DNA from: Neocallimastix sp. 'constans'
Taxonomy: Eukaryota
Reading direction: 5' to 3'
NCBI GenBank assembly: GCA_050613775.1
Contig: JBODTK010000126.1
Coordinates: 372,001-436,000 of the forward strand
DNA length: 64,000 bases
The translations under genes were made by a program, and so were the position numbers. The notes under the pieces were generated by a model. The model saw only the letters and a list, made by a program, of their open reading frames with translations. It did not search any database and was not told the origin of the DNA. How positions within the stretch are numbered: the stretch's first letter is position 1; each line of letters opens with the position of its first letter. Shown here piece after piece: positions 36,456 through 50,388 of this stretch.

Positions 36456-39400
36456 GTAAATTATTTTTTTTTTTTTTTTTAATCTTTATTTATACTTTTT
36501 TTTATTAATTATTATTCATTTGTTAAATATAAGTTGGATTTATAGACAACTTTAAATATATATAAACATTGATTAAAAATAAAAAAAAAAAAAAAAAGCA
36601 TAACTACTACTAAAAATGATATTAATATTATAATAAAACCTAATTCTTAAAATTAAAGAAGGATGGATTAAATTAAATCAACTTTAAATATACTTTAAAT
36701 TACTCTCATAATATTTCTGTATTTCTGTATTTTTGTTATTTATTATTTATTAGTTAATAAATGTATCAATTATCTTTTTTTTTTTTTTTTTTTCTAAAAA
36801 AAAAAAAAAAAAAACCCTAAAATGAAATAGTTTATTAATTATTATTTTAAACTTTAAGTGTATAAAAGTTTATTTCTATATTGAATCTTATCAAAGAGAG
36901 ATAAACTATAATAAATAATAGACTAATAGATATTTAATGGCTATTAATCATAGTATGTAATCTATAGTATTATATATAGATTTATTAATAACAATTTTAT
37001 ATTTTATATTTAATATTAAAACTATCAAATTTTTAAATAAAATATATATTTTGTATTGAAAAAGTTGTAAAATATATTATATATTTAGATTCTATAATTT
37101 GTGATATAGAGTAACGATAATAATATAAGATTAGGATAAAATTTTATTTGCAAGTTATTGGGTTATCAAATTAATTATTAATGCAAGGTTTTTGAAAATA
37201 TTTTTGTAATAAAAAGTATATCAATAAAAAAATAGTAAATAAAAAAAATAAAAAATAAACTTAATTAGTTATGCACTGATAAATCAGATGGATAACATAC
37301 TTTATAGTATTCGAAATAAATTATTTGATAGTAAACAATATGTAAATATAATTATTTATAAAAGATTATTTCCTTAATAAATCATGTAATTAATAAAAAT
37401 AATAGAAGAAATATATAAATAACTAAATAATTAATTAATTTAATATGTAAGTAAATAATGAAAAAAAAATAAAAATAAGGAAAAATATTCGTTATTATCA
37501 TTATATAAGTATTCTAATTAAAACTGTAATTTTAATATAGTAGTATTTAAAAATGTTTTTACTATTTAATTTTCTTAACGTTTTCTTATAAATTTATTTA
37601 ATCTAATCATTAAAATTTAAATAGAAAAAAACTTTTCGATATTTTTTTTTTTTTTTTGATAATATAAAATTAAATTTAAAAAAAAGATAATGCAAAAAAA
37701 AAAAAAAAAATTATTAGTTTATGTTTATACCATATTTGTATCATTTTTAATAAAATAAATAAATTAATATTTAAAAAAACCAAATGACTATTCATTATTA
37801 TAATTAAAAAAATTTTTTTTTGATAACTGAAAAGATAAAAAAAAAAAAAAAAATTTTATTTACTATTTGAAAATTTAAACCCCTATATATATATATTATA
37901 ATTTAAAAATAATTTTACTTTTCCTTTCTCTCTATTTCTCCATATATATATATATATATATATTTTATTTTATTTTATTTTTAAGATGAAATTTATCTCT
38001 GTTTAATATCATAATCATAATAATATTTAATAACTTATCCTAATATATAGAATTTATATATATGCAATAAAGTCTAGATATCATAATAAAAAAAAACCTT
38101 TGATATACTAAAAATAAAATTTGGAATATATATTAATAAGTTTAATTTTTAAAATTATTATTATTATTATTATTATTATTTTAATTATTTTTACATGGAT
38201 TATGCTTTAATTTTTAAATCATATTTTATTTTTAATAGTATTGGTAATATATCCTTTTTTTAACTAATGATATTAATGATAATTATTTAATATATAAACG
38301 TATATAATATAATGCAATGTAAATGTTTACTTTTTTTAAAAAATAAAGAAGAAATCAAAAAAGTTTATCGTTGTATCATTAATTAATTTTTAAAAAAATA
38401 ATTATATAAAAAAAAAAAAAAAAAGCTATCCTTAACTTATTTATATAATGTTAAAATTATATATTATATACTATACCCTATCATAATACAAAAAAAAAAC
38501 TTTAATAAAACATGAGCCCTTTCTGAAATTTAACTAATTATTAATTTTAATTTTAATTTTTAAATTTTTTTTAAAAAAAAGAAAAAAAGAAATGGGATGG
38601 AATATTCTATAAAACAGAAAAACGACGAAAATATTATGGTTTGAGTGGACGAGCCATTTTTAAAAAATATGGAATATTGTATGGTATTATAAAGTTAAAA
38701 AAAATTTTTTTTTGTTATTTTAAAATAATATCCTATATGATAATGATCATGTGACACAGATATATTTAAATAAAATCAATCGATCAATAGGATATGGTTA
38801 TGGACTATATAATAAATTTAAAAAAAAAAAAAAAGACAATTCATTACAGTGATACATTAATACATTATTGATAATGTATTAATTTTAATGTAATATTGTA
38901 AATTAATTAAATTTTATTTTATTATATTTAATATTTATAATATTTTGACAATATAATAATACTACTACTAATTATTATTTTATTATATTATTTTTATTCT
39001 ATTATATTTAATAATATATTTTATATTAAATATTGTTTTTATAAAGCAATATTTAATACTAATTATTATTTTATTATATTATTTATATTCCATTATATTT
39101 AATAGAATGAAGAAATGAATTATAAAATAAATTTAAATATTGAATATTAAATATAATTTTAATTTTATAATAAATAAACTTATTTAGCTTATAATAATGG
39201 TTGTTAAGTTTTAAAAAACTATTGGTTTTATTATTGAATATCCACTAAAATGATGAATCCTTTAAAGAATTGAAACATTTTTTTTGGTTTGTGGTCCCAT
39301 GAATTTTTCTTTTAATATATTTTTCCTTTTCTTAATATTATATTTACAATTTATTTTATTATATAATTATTTTATATAATTATTTTATTATATAATTCTA

Positions 39401-39770
39401 TTTCTATTTCTATTTCTATTATTGTATATTTATTTTATATTTATGTCTTATTAATATATTTATATTTATTTTATTATATTCCATATTTTTTTGTTTATTT
39501 ACATTTATATTCAATTAATATTTGATATTTGATATTAATAATTATATTTTCAAAAAAGGAAATATAATATTTTATTATTTTGTATAGAATCTTTTAATTT
39601 ATTTTTTCTAATTTTTATTTTTCTATTTTTATATATTTCTATTTTATTTTATTTTTTTTTTCATGATTCATTGATGCTAAATTATTACTCAGCGAATCTA
39701 ATGTTTATGTTTATATAGAAATAAAAGCATGCATTGTTAATGGATGTATTTTTGTATATGTTATAATTAA

Positions 39771-39807
<37 letters not shown>

Positions 39808-40053
39808 TTTTTTTTTTTTTTTTGAATGAGTCTAAATATGGATTGAAAAAGAAAAAATCAAGATAAAGTCAATGGAGTAGCTAGATGAAAAAAAAAAAAA
39901 AAAATAAAAATAAATTATTTATCTTTAATAATGAATTACATAATTTACATTAAACAAGTAATAAATATCATTTAAAAATTAAGTAAAGATTCATAAAAAG
40001 TATAAAAAAAAAAAAAAAAAAAGAATCAACTTATTATTATCTTGACTTTCTTT

Positions 40054-40088
<35 letters not shown>

Positions 40089-41419
40089 TCATTTCAATTG
40101 ATTATTTTATAATTATTAGTAAATTTTTTATTACTTATAACCATATTAGTTAACTTTTTTTTTTAATTTAGACAATTTTGAATTTTTACTATTCAATAAA
40201 AAAAAGTCATTTATATATATAAATTTTTATTTTAATTTTAATTTTAATTTATTTTATTTTCCCTTTTTTTATATTACCATGAATTATAAACATAAATTCA
40301 CAATTATAATATTATTTATGAATATCTCTTTTTAATTTTAAATTTTGAATAATAACCTTTTTATTTTTATTTTTATTTTTATTTTTTTAATATTTATTTT
40401 CTTTTTCATTTCTATCTTTTTTTTTTTTCTTTTTACATATAAAACATTATCATTAATTAAAAATATTGTCTTAATTTATGATATATATATGATACTTTAT
40501 TAATAGTAATAATATATATAATAAAACCAAATTAATTAATAATAATTTATAATTAACATAATTAGCAATTCTTAATATTTCTAAATAATTTAAAAGTCAT
40601 TCATTATAGTACATTAAGCGTAAAAAAGCCTATAAGTTTTCAAGTTTTCATTATTGACATTGAACAACAACTAACTAATCCTTGTTTTTCACTTACACAA
40701 GCATAAATAAAAAATAAATAATATAAAGCGTTACTTTGTTTTTTTTCTCATACTATTAATGACTTAGTATTGTATATTAAATTGGATTTAATTAATTTAT
40801 TGTTTAAAAAAAAATTTTTTAAAAACATATTTAATATGAATAAAATTGGTTAAATTAAAAAAAAAAAAAAAAAGTATAATAAATAAATAAATAAATAATT
40901 GAATAATAAATAAATAGATAAAAGTAAATAAATAGATAAAAACAAATAAATAGATAAAAATAAATAAATAAATACTAATTAATTTTTTAAAAAATTCCAA
41001 AAAAAGAAAAAAAATTTATTCAATATATAATATTTTAAGATGATTTATATAAAGTATAGTTTTATTCTGTTCTATTACAGTGGTTTTGAATCTACTAAAA
41101 TATTATTTAGAGTCGACTATCTATATATGTTTATATTTTATTATTTTTTTTATTAAATAAAAAATAAAAAAGTAATTTGATTAAAGATTCTTAGTGATAA
41201 ATATTTTATATAATAAAGATATATATTTTTACAGATTATAAGTTTCAACTGCATTGATAAATAGAAGAATTATTCATGCTATTCCTTTATAAATACAAAG
41301 TAAATTTATAAAGTTTAATATTTTTTTTGATTATGTGATTATTTTTAAATTTTAAATTTAGTTATATTAATTTTTTTTTTTAATTTCTATTTTTAATTTT
41401 TATTTAATATATATATATA

Positions 41420-41456
<37 letters not shown>

Positions 41457-42529
41457 AAAAAAATAATAAAAGATAGAACTTCTCACAATGAAAAGTTAGA
41501 AATTGAAAAATATTTATTATATATACTTTTTTTTTAAATAAAAATTTAATTTATTTAATGAATATATAAATTTCAACGGCAACCGTATTAAAGTTCATTT
41601 AATTTAATAGATATTTATAATAAGTTGATCACATTAAATACTTTTTTTTATTTATTTAAAATTTAATTAACAATTCTTGTTTGTTATTTGTTATATTGGG
41701 TTTATTTATTAATTAAAATTTTAATATTATTATTATTATTATATTATTTTTTATGAATCAATAATTACAATATTATGAAGGTTTGGTTCGATGGAACAGG
41801 TTAAGCTTTCGTTTATTAAATAATTATTTAATAAAAAACGTTTTATTTAATTTGTACTTTTTATAATATGTATCATTAGAAAAAGTAACTGAATAAAAAA
41901 AAAAAAAAACAGAATAATAAATTTTGATTTGCATATATTCATTTTATTATTAATAATATAAAATTAATAAAATTTTATTGCGTAATACATTTATATTCTT
42001 ATTGGGAATATTATTGATTTTTAAGCATAATTTTGATTATATGAAATTTTATTTTTTTTTTTTTTAAACAATAATCATAGTGAAATTAATTATATTATTA
42101 TCAATTATTAATTAAAAAATTATTATTATTATTATTTATTAAATAGTTGCTATTATTAATTAATTATTATTCTTATTTATTAATTATTATTTAAATTATT
42201 TTTTTATAATAAATTCTTAGTGTTTTAGTTTATTTACATGCAGATAAATAAAATATATATTTTTTAAATCTTTAATAATTGATCGCTTTTTTTTCTTGAA
42301 TCAGCCTCTAAACTTGTGTTAAAATACTACATATTTAAATTTACAGAAATGTTATTTGTATTTTCTAAATTTATGAACCCTACCTTTTTTTTTTGTGTAT
42401 ATATATTAAAATCAATATATACAAGAAAAATACAGAAATTATTAATAGGACACAAAAATTAATATAAATATAGTTATTGATTTTTAATCTATATACATAT
42501 TTTTTTTTTTTTTTTTTTAATAATAAATA

Positions 42530-42870
42530 AATAATCAATAATAATTAATAATCAATAATAATTAATAATCAATAATAATTAATAATTAATAATTATATAA
42601 TAATTAATAAATAATAATATTATAAATAATAAATAATAATATAATAAATAATAAATAATAATATAAAAAATAATAAATAATAAATAATAAATAATAAATA
42701 ATAAATAATAAATAATAAATAATAAATAATAAATAATAAATAATAAATAATAAATAATAAATCATAAATCATAAATAATAAATAATAAATCATAAATCAT
42801 AAATAATAAATAATAAATAATAAATAATAAATAATAAATAATAAATAATAATAAATAATAATATAATAAA
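42530..42870. repeat. Compound minisatellite (AATAATCAATAATAATT-like units, then heptamer AATAAAT/AATCATA units)
   Basis: Direct inspection of the tandem units. Confidence 0.85.
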
Positions 42871-45138
42871 TTATAATATGTAATTTAGATATGATTATTA
42901 ACAAAAAAAAAAAAAAATCAATTAAAAAGACCAATTTATTGTTCAAAAGACACTATAAATTATCAAACTAAGAATTAATTATCATTCAACAGGATTACTC
43001 TTCCTAATATACTCATAGAAGATATATTGAATAAAACTTTAAAAATTTTAAAATAACTTTCAGTAATTTGATTAATGTTATCTATTATTCAATTAAAAAA
43101 AAAATTGGAAATAAAAACAGAAATAAGAAATATTAATCAATGAATAGTTATTTTTATTAATAAATGACAATTTTATATTATTTATTATGAATTTATAATT
43201 GATAAATCTTATTTATGATTTATCATTATTGATATTTATTTTATTATGAAGCTAAATATCATTTATAATTATCAAATATAATTTTCTATTATCATTTATT
43301 ATCATAATTTATTTAATATATATTTAGATTATAAACAAAATATATTCAATATATATGAATTTTAATATTATTTATTTCAATTTAACTTATTTATTTTATG
43401 TATACATTTGTGTTGTATATATACATGATAAAATAGAATGTATGTATTGACAATTATTTCAAAAATTAATTAAAGATTTTTTTTAATTAGTTAAAGATGT
43501 ATATATTAAATTTCTATTTTATTATATATATTATTCAATTATTCAATTTAAAAATATATTTAATATAATAATAATTATATTTATACATATATTAATATAT
43601 ATGTATAAATGTTTAAATTTTTGTTAATTTACAATGTTTAAATTTTTGTTAATAACTTTTTTCAATAAAGTTAAATTTGTTTTTTTTTTTTTTTAATTTA
43701 ATCTTTAATTTTATTAAAAATTTATTTATATAATCATATATTATGTGTATAGTATATTATATTAAAGGTTCAAAAAACAATTTAGTTTAAATATAATATT
43801 ATTTTATTAAAAATATATTGATAATGATATTGAAAAAAATTGTTACTCTTCATTATAAAATCAATAGTATAAATAACTTATTGAATTCTATTATATTACT
43901 AATAAATATTTAATAAGATATATTTATATAAAGTATAATATATTAAAATATAATTATTTCAGTATATTTTATTAGATTTATTTTATTGCAAAAATTTTTT
44001 TTATAGTAACAGGAAAAAAAAGAAAATCAGAAAAAAAAATTTTTTTTTATTAGTTTAAAATTTTATATAAAAGGTCAATTTGTCTTTGGTGAAAATAATA
44101 TTTTTTCTTTTTTTTTTTTTTCAGTAGTTGTTTTATATTTTATTTTTCCTTTAATATTTATTTGTTTATTTTTTTTCAATAATTTAAGATAAAATAATGA
44201 AAAAGTCATATATTATTTATTGAATAGTATTGGCTTTAAAAATATATTATTATTTGAAGAGAGAAGAAGAGAAAAATAGTTATAAAGAATTTTTTTTATT
44301 TTATTTGTATACACATACCAAAAAAAAAAAAAAATAAAGAAAAAAAAAATAAAAATAAAAAAAAAAAAATAAAAAAAATAAAAACAAAAAATAAAATAAT
44401 AAAAAAAACCAAGAATAATATATATATATAAATAAAAAAAAATTAAAAATAATAGATGCTCTATGTTCAATATTAATACATAAAAAAGAATATTTTTGAT
44501 TTATTAAAAATATACTATAAAAAAGCAAATATTAGTTATTACAAAAAAAAAAAATACCCATAGAATATATTTTATTAAATTAATATATACCATTAATAAA
44601 TTTGTAATATAAGAATTCTATTAATTTATATAATAATAACTAGTTTATTTGTCAAAAATTAAAAAAAAATCAATATTTTTTAATGATATCAAATTCTTTT
44701 TAATAAAATTAATATATAACGAAAGAAAGAGTATAATTAAAAATAATTACATAAATGTTTTTTTAAAAGTAAAAAAAAAAAAATTAAAAAAAAAAAACCT
44801 AACATATATAAAAATTAAAATAATTTATTAATTTTAAATGATATAAAAAAGGAACATTTAAAATAATAAATTTTTTTGCAACTTGTGTATAAAAAATATA
44901 TAAATATAGTTTAAATAAAATAAAAAATTTTTCAAAAATAAAATATTAAAGAGTATATATTAAAAAATTATATAAAAGAAGTTTAAAAAAAAATAAAAAA
45001 AAAAAATAATCTTTTATTTAAAAAAGTTAGAGTAAAAGTGAAAAAACCTATTAAGTAAATTCAAAAATAATAACAAAAATATTTAATTTAAACTTTGATA
45101 TAATAGAAGTAAAAAAGCAAAATTCTGTCTCTCTTCAA

Positions 45139-47496
45139 ATGTCTAATCCAAAGCACATAGATATTAAAGTGAATTCATTTAAGTGTGATTCACCAAATCA
45201 TTCCCAAACAAAATCATATTTTTCCAATGCTTACCATATGCTCTCTAGTTCTCCAAATACTTTAAGTAAAATAAACTTAAATAATTTTTCTGATACTCCT
45301 GTAAAAAAGAGTAATCCTGTAGTTAAATTGATGGATTCTGAAATTGTTCAAAATACTATATGGAATAACTATAATAATACTCATGATAATGTTAAAGTTA
45401 ATCCTAGTAACAATGAAATTAATATTATTAAAAACTTTGATGTATTAAATAACATCAGTAGTTTGAGTAATAATTTCAACCTTAATAATGAATCAATTTT
45501 ACAAGAAAAAATAATTAGGACTAAAAGCAATAATAATATTCCATTATTTGATAAATCATTTATTGATATAAAATCTATTAAAAATAACATTAATTCACCA
45601 GCAAATTATGATAATGTTCATGATCCCTCTTCTGATTTACTTGTTAAAAAATCTGTGAAGAATCTTTTTGAAAATAAAACTAATAGCAAAAATTTATCAC
45701 AACTATCAAGTCAACTTTCAAATTCATCTTTAAATCCTCTCAATAATAAAAATACCATTAAGGATGAAAAGGGTGAATTAAAATTGAATTATAACAAGAC
45801 ATTAGAAACTGAAGCTATTGCTGATATTGTTTTTAAGAAACAAGAAGCTAATGAAGTTGAAAGAATAAATAATAATGCTAAAACCAATGAAAAGATTGAA
45901 TTTCAAAAGTCATTACATTCTTGTCAATTATCTTTATCTCCTAAAGATAAACTGTTTGAAAGTGTTATGAATAATTCTTCAATGAAATATAATTTTAGTA
46001 GTAATAATAAATCTTTTCTTACTAAGGAAGATTTTGAATCTACAAAAGTTATTAAAGAAAATGCAAGAAAAATGTTATTAGTTAATGGTGCACGAAAAAC
46101 GATTGTAAATAAAAAGCCCAAAAGTGTTAAATTTAGTGGAGAAAATGAAGAATGTCCTTTCAGAAAATTTGAATCCCCTGTATCTGTAACAACATCACCA
46201 ATTTTTTTAACAAATTCTAATATTAAGCCATTTTTAGAAACTAGAAGTAATTTAACAACATTTTCCGAATTTAAGCAACGTATGATTATTAAGAAACCAA
46301 TTTTAATTGAAAAAGCAGGTTTATTAATTGAAGAAAGTGAAAAAGATAATACTAAACTTGCTAGTTTTTTAAAGAACTCCGATATTAAAAAGGAGCATGG
46401 TGTTTTTAAATCGAGACCAAGTCATGTTCCTTATGGAACATCTGTTGCTTCTTATCCATTATTTTCTAATGTGGAAAAGGATAAGGTAAGAATTGTTATT
46501 CAAGTTCAAAATTTAGCTTTCGAAAAGGAAGTGTGTGTAAGATATACTTTTAATAATTGGTTAACAAGTAAAGATGTTAAAGCATCCTATTTAAATTCTC
46601 TTAATGTTACTAGTTACATTAGTAAAAAATACCATGAATCAACATCTATTAATTCAAATGCATCCAGTCAAGAAAAACGTATGACTGGTATTGACGATTC
46701 TGAATCAAAGGTTGTTAGTCAATCGGTTGATCGTTTTGTTGCTGATATTGAAATTCCTTCCTATATAATGGATTTCATGGATTATGATAGCAATTTCTTT
46801 AATCGTAATGGCTATTTTAATTCAACCTCTGGTGAATTTGAAGATGATCTTTTCTTAAATGATAGGCGTCGTTATAGTCAAAGTCTTGGTGAAGAATGGG
46901 ATAATGATATTATTAATAAATGTACTCTTAAATTTGCAGCTTACTATCGTGTAAATAATCAAGAGTATTGGGAAAATAATAATAATTTAAATTATACCAT
47001 GGATATAAGTCGTGTTCTCTACATTCCTACTAAAAAAGTTTATATTCGTTCTAAGACACCAGAAATTATAAAATCCAGAATGGTTAACTTCACTAATGCT
47101 TTTTATAATGAAGTAAAGCCAAGGAAGGAATATGAATTAAAGTCTATATTGAGAAAAAAAGTAGAGGATACGACAACAGCAAATCCCGTTAAAATACATC
47201 ATCAAGAAAGTGCAGATAGCGATTACCAATCCAATATTAAAAATAAGATTATTGCAAAATGTGAACTTCGTGAAAAAAATATACGTGAAACAATTCAAAA
47301 GGAACTTTCAGGAAGTACATTCTTTAAACAAATGGGAATTAATCCTACTATTCTTAATACTATTATAAATTCTAATCGTGTAAGTACAAGAAATAATATC
47401 ATAAAAATGATAAAGTATTATCAAAGAAAGGCTGGTATCACTAATCCAATAGTACCAATAGAAAAGGAAACTTCAATTAAGGTTGAAGGAAATTAA
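45139..47496 (+). CDS. Protein phosphatase 1 glycogen-targeting regulatory subunit (Gac1/PPP1R3-like; RVxF + CBM21), intronless, 785 aa
   Basis: PP1-docking motif KKPKSVKF. CBM21 signatures IQVQNLAFEKEVCVRYTFNNWLTSKDV, DRFVADIEI and LKFAAYYRVNNQEYWENNNNLNY. Confidence 0.9.
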   Translation: MSNPKHIDIKVNSFKCDSPNHSQTKSYFSNAYHMLSSSPNTLSKINLNNFSDTPVKKSNPVVKLMDSEIVQNTIWNNYNNTHDNVKVNPSNNEINIIKNFDVLNNISSLSNNFNLNNESILQEKIIRTKSNNNIPLFDKSFIDIKSIKNNINSPANYDNVHDPSSDLLVKKSVKNLFENKTNSKNLSQLSSQLSNSSLNPLNNKNTIKDEKGELKLNYNKTLETEAIADIVFKKQEANEVERINNNAKTNEKIEFQKSLHSCQLSLSPKDKLFESVMNNSSMKYNFSSNNKSFLTKEDFESTKVIKENARKMLLVNGARKTIVNKKPKSVKFSGENEECPFRKFESPVSVTTSPIFLTNSNIKPFLETRSNLTTFSEFKQRMIIKKPILIEKAGLLIEESEKDNTKLASFLKNSDIKKEHGVFKSRPSHVPYGTSVASYPLFSNVEKDKVRIVIQVQNLAFEKEVCVRYTFNNWLTSKDVKASYLNSLNVTSYISKKYHESTSINSNASSQEKRMTGIDDSESKVVSQSVDRFVADIEIPSYIMDFMDYDSNFFNRNGYFNSTSGEFEDDLFLNDRRRYSQSLGEEWDNDIINKCTLKFAAYYRVNNQEYWENNNNLNYTMDISRVLYIPTKKVYIRSKTPEIIKSRMVNFTNAFYNEVKPRKEYELKSILRKKVEDTTTANPVKIHHQESADSDYQSNIKNKIIAKCELREKNIRETIQKELSGSTFFKQMGINPTILNTIINSNRVSTRNNIIKMIKYYQRKAGITNPIVPIEKETSIKVEGN

Positions 47497-47944
47497 GTGA
47501 AGATTAATTAATTTATTTTTTATATTTTATTCTTTTTTTTTTTTTAAAAAATTATAATATAATTATATTTTATAAAAAAAAAAAAAAAAAAATGATAATT
47601 AGTTTTCAAATTCTTTGTAAAAATTTTTCGATGTAGTAAGAAAGGGAAAAAAAATTAGAATGGGTAAACCAAAAAAAAAAAAAAAAAAAAGAATTATATA
47701 TTAATTAAACAATATATTTATATTATAAATATAAGAAAGAATAAAAAAGATGAATGTAAATTTTTTTGAATACCTTTTTATTTTTTTTTTTTATTTTTAT
47801 TTGTTAGTAGTTATAGTTAAATTATTAAATCATAATTCTTTGTAAATTTTATTTATTTTCCCTTAATAAATGATATATAATTTATATATAATTAATTTAT
47901 ATATAATAATAAAAATTTTTATAGACCTAATAAAACAAAAAAAA

Positions 47945-47984
<40 letters not shown>

Positions 47985-48445
47985 TAAACATAAAAAAATT
48001 AATTTCAAATTTAATTAAAGTAATTTTGTTTTATTTTATATATATATAATATATTATTATTATATAAATAAGTATAGAAACAAAAGAAATAATAATAATA
48101 ATATTATATATAATAATCTTTATGATCAACTTTAGTCTTTTCATATATTTTGGACTTATTTATTTTATTTTATTTTATATTTATTTTTATTTTTATTTTT
48201 ATTTATTTTTATTTTTGGATGGAATGAATTAAATATGGTTTCAAATTTAATGTGAAATCTTATTGTAAAAAAAAAAAAAAAAAAAAAAGCAAAATTGGTA
48301 TCAGAAAATTGCCTAATATATGCTGCCCTTAATTATGGTAAAAGTAGCAGTATTACTTTTGTTTTTTATCCATTGATTTTTTTTTAATTTTTTCATGTTT
48401 AAATTTGAAGAATGAATTTTTAAGGCAACCAAATTCATTCCTTTT

Positions 48446-48476
<31 letters not shown>

Positions 48477-48480
48477 TTTT

Positions 48481-48912
48481 AATGATTTTTCAGAACTTGG
48501 AATTCCTTTAGGTGAATCAAGATGTTGTGGTGGACTCTTCGCAGATGATATTGTTCTATTCGCATCATCAAGAACTAAGTTGGGGTGTTAGCTCAGCGGT
48601 AGAGCAATTGACTGCAAAAAAAGAACTAAGTTAAAAAAAAATGCTTAGGAAAATAAATAAATGGGTTAAATTTAATATGATGAATTTTGGAATGAACAAG
48701 TGTGTAATGATGGTGATTCGACCAGATACACCTCTTTTTTCAAAATAAAAGAGATCCTACTATTTCATCTTTCTGGTCAACCAATCCCAATAACTAAATG
48801 TATACCATTTGATAAAAGCTTATCGTTGAACCCTATTATTAAATTACTTAACACTAAAGTCACCAAAGTTCTCTTTTCCGTTAGAAAATTTCTTTCAAAT
48901 TTTATTGAATAA
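48481..48912 (+). mobile_element. Non-LTR (LINE) reverse transcriptase fragment, decayed
   Basis: Frame from 48481: NDFSELGIPLGESRCCGGLFADDIVLFASSRTKL, with the catalytic FADD. After the insertion and a slip in an A-run it continues MLRKINKWVKFNMMNFGMNKCVMMVIRP, then FHLSGQPIPITKC-IPFDKSLSL, where the usual YxYLG motif is missing. Confidence 0.88.
48582..48616 (+). pseudogene. Retroposed 5' half of tRNA-Cys(GCA) with a 12-bp target-site duplication
   Basis: GGGGTGT-TA-GCTC-AGCGGTA-GAGC-A-ATTGA-CT-GCA: acceptor 5' strand, T8A9, D-stem GCTC/GAGC, D-loop GG, anticodon GCA. AAAA follows. Flanked by AAGAACTAAGTT at 48570-48581 and 48621-48632. No T-arm or 3' half seen nearby. Confidence 0.9.
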
Positions 48913-49084
48913 AAGTTGAAAACATTTTGTGTGATACTGTGAAATATAAATAATGTATAAGACACAATGTACCATATATAAAAGCATTTAATTTAGAGTA
49001 ATTAAGTGCTAGTAACTCTTTATCATTAAATATATTAATAAAATTAACATAATTACAAACAATAAATTCCTGACTCATAACAAT

Positions 49085-49175
<91 letters not shown>

Positions 49176-50350
49176 TTTTAATAAGTAAAGACATAGAAAA
49201 AATAAAAAAAAAAAAGGAAATAAAAATAAATAAATAAATATATATATATATATAATAAAAATAAAATAAATATATTTATACCTGATATATATATATAATA
49301 TTTAACCTTATAAAACTTAAAGAAATAAATAGTAAGTATATATAATTAAATAAAAGATATACGAAAAGATATATAAAAAAATAAAGCTAGTACTGAGTAG
49401 ATCAAATAACTATCTTCATTGTTAGCTTAAAGTTAATAAATAAAGATAATAATAATTTTTTTTTTTTTTTTTTTTTTAGAATAGGAAGAGAATATACTTC
49501 CATTGTCCTGACCTATTTATTAATCTATTGCATACATTTAAATGTAAAAATACATTATAAATATATAAAGATAAAATGATAAAAAAAGAAAAATATATCA
49601 AATAAAATATATATATATATATAAATATACATCTATTTGGAAAAAATAAAATTTAATAAAAAAAAAAAAAATATAATAAAAAATAAAATAAAAAATTAAT
49701 GTAATACAATGAAAATAAAAAGAAAATTTTAATAAAGTTTTGTTATGGTGGTAGTAAGGATATGAATAGAGATAAATTTTTTATCAAAAAAAAAAAAAAA
49801 AAAAAATATTTAACAAAAAACAAAAAACAAAAAAAGTTGACATCTATAAACTTTGTAAAGTAGATTAGGTTGGGTGTGAAAAACAAATAAAAAATTACAC
49901 ACACTCTCTCTCGAACTAAGAGAATCAAGAGAACTGAGAAAAATATATTATCAGGAGGAAATTCATTTTACCATAATTACCGTAGATTAGTTTCTTGATT
50001 CTTGGTGTAAAGAACGATGCTTACTATTGATGTTTTTAAGATGTAGGAGGAGGAGGAGTATTAAAGCTAATAAAATAGAGGTTCTTCTTTGATGAGACGT
50101 TAACTTCTCTTTTTGGTGGTTGTGAGATGTTTTTTTTTTTTTTTTTTTTCTAACTATACTAATCATCAATAACAGTTAACTCAAAGAGAAAACTACTATA
50201 CTAACAACTAGTATAGTAATGGTTAAGGTAAATTTGCTAGGCTAACACTAAAGGAAACATTAGATTCAGAACTAATAATTATAAATAAATAAATAAATAA
50301 ATAAATAAATATAAAAAATATATATTAAATATAAATATAAATAATGGACT

Positions 50351-50388
<38 letters not shown>

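Noticed and set aside
38856..38883. Inverted repeat with 13-bp arms (a similar one with 14-bp arms at about 43579-43610)
   Set aside because: Almost entirely A/T in very AT-rich DNA, with no associated element; plausible by chance.
42530..42870. Regular repeat array considered as CRISPR-like or telomeric
   Set aside because: Simple tandem AT minisatellite with no unique spacers and no G-rich telomeric unit; eukaryotic context.
25950..44831. Many short F/I/L/Y-rich ORFs (e.g. 25950, 26868, 29040, 35860, 40797, 44213, 44301, 44649)
   Set aside because: Low-complexity AT-rich artefacts with no coding-like composition or splice partners.
48296..48305. TGGTATCAGA resembling a tRNA-iMet primer-binding site
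   Set aside because: Only 10 nt, preceded by a poly(A) rather than a recognisable LTR, and no gag follows.
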